A DNA stretch of 33,571 nt from a virus (lineage: Duplodnaviria > Caudoviricetes), in the IMG/VR virus record IMGVR_UViG_3300042558_000702, positions 1-33,571 of that record; one strand, written 5' to 3'. Made by a program: the position numbers and the translations under genes. Below the pieces are notes generated by a model that had not been told where the DNA came from, made no database searches, and was given only the letters and a program-made list of their open reading frames with translations. Below are positions 33,371 through 33,571 of the stretch, in pieces. Within the stretch, counting starts at the first letter, position 1. Each line of letters starts with the position of its first letter.

Positions 33371-33569
33371 GAGGCAATGCTAACGCGTGTTCACTGATCT
33401 GTTTGACAGTCGGGAAGTGTCGTCGGTATACGGCGTGCCACACCATTGCATTCATGAGATCGTTCTCATCTAACGAACTCCATGCCTCAATGTACGTGTC
33501 CATCTCGACCACGCTTAGTTCCCTGTGATAGATACCTAGCATCGTTTCTAACGCGATGAACGCTTGTTC
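33309..33569 (-). CDS. Partial gene (5' end beyond the window); helicase-loader-inhibitor (G39P)-like
   Basis: Frame open to the window edge (EQAFIALETMLGIY...); W..L....L..A.......FPTVKQI pattern. Confidence 0.45.
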   Translation of the reverse strand, partial: EQAFIALETMLGIYHRELSVVEMDTYIEAWSSLDENDLMNAMVWHAVYRRHFPTVKQISEHALALPHERTQTYCAKHSAQTRRATS

Positions 33570-33571
33570 TC

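Noticed and set aside
1-33571. tRNA genes, introns, inteins, reverse transcriptase/DGR
   Set aside because: No cloverleaf, splicing motifs or RT motifs recognised by eye; terL, portal and capsid have ordinary lengths. tRNAscan-SE and Infernal were not run.

Overview
A 33.6-kb segment of a tailed dsDNA phage genome, most likely infecting an actinobacterium (WhiB gene, many leaderless TAnnnT promoters, gene families resembling freshwater actinophages). No integrase, tRNA or CRISPR array was seen. Right to left on the minus strand: replication and recombination accessory genes (HNH, RusA-like); a complete 7-deazaguanine DNA-modification cluster (ParB-N, dpdA, queC, queD, queE, and a PRTase-FolE fusion); a cassette of small early-type genes and an SPPY-type DNA methyltransferase; a divergent whiB; and a head operon (terS, terL, GP88-like, portal, a 1063-aa MuF protein with a C-terminal HExxH domain plus a small coupled gene, XkdF-type protease). 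About 7.4 kb of inserted cassettes interrupt the head operon, which resumes with scaffold, cement, major capsid and neck genes and ends in a Mu Com-like zinc finger missing from the ORF track. The main non-gene signals are: (1) three related, dyad-symmetric intergenic elements with ~10-bp AT/GC phasing at transcription-unit boundaries, which may be strong gyrase sites; (2) near-total avoidance of CCNGG/CCGG, with all 14 forced Pro-Gly occurrences written as ACCCGG/CCGGGT; (3) a duplicated leaderless early promoter. All calls come from motif recognition by eye; no searches were run.
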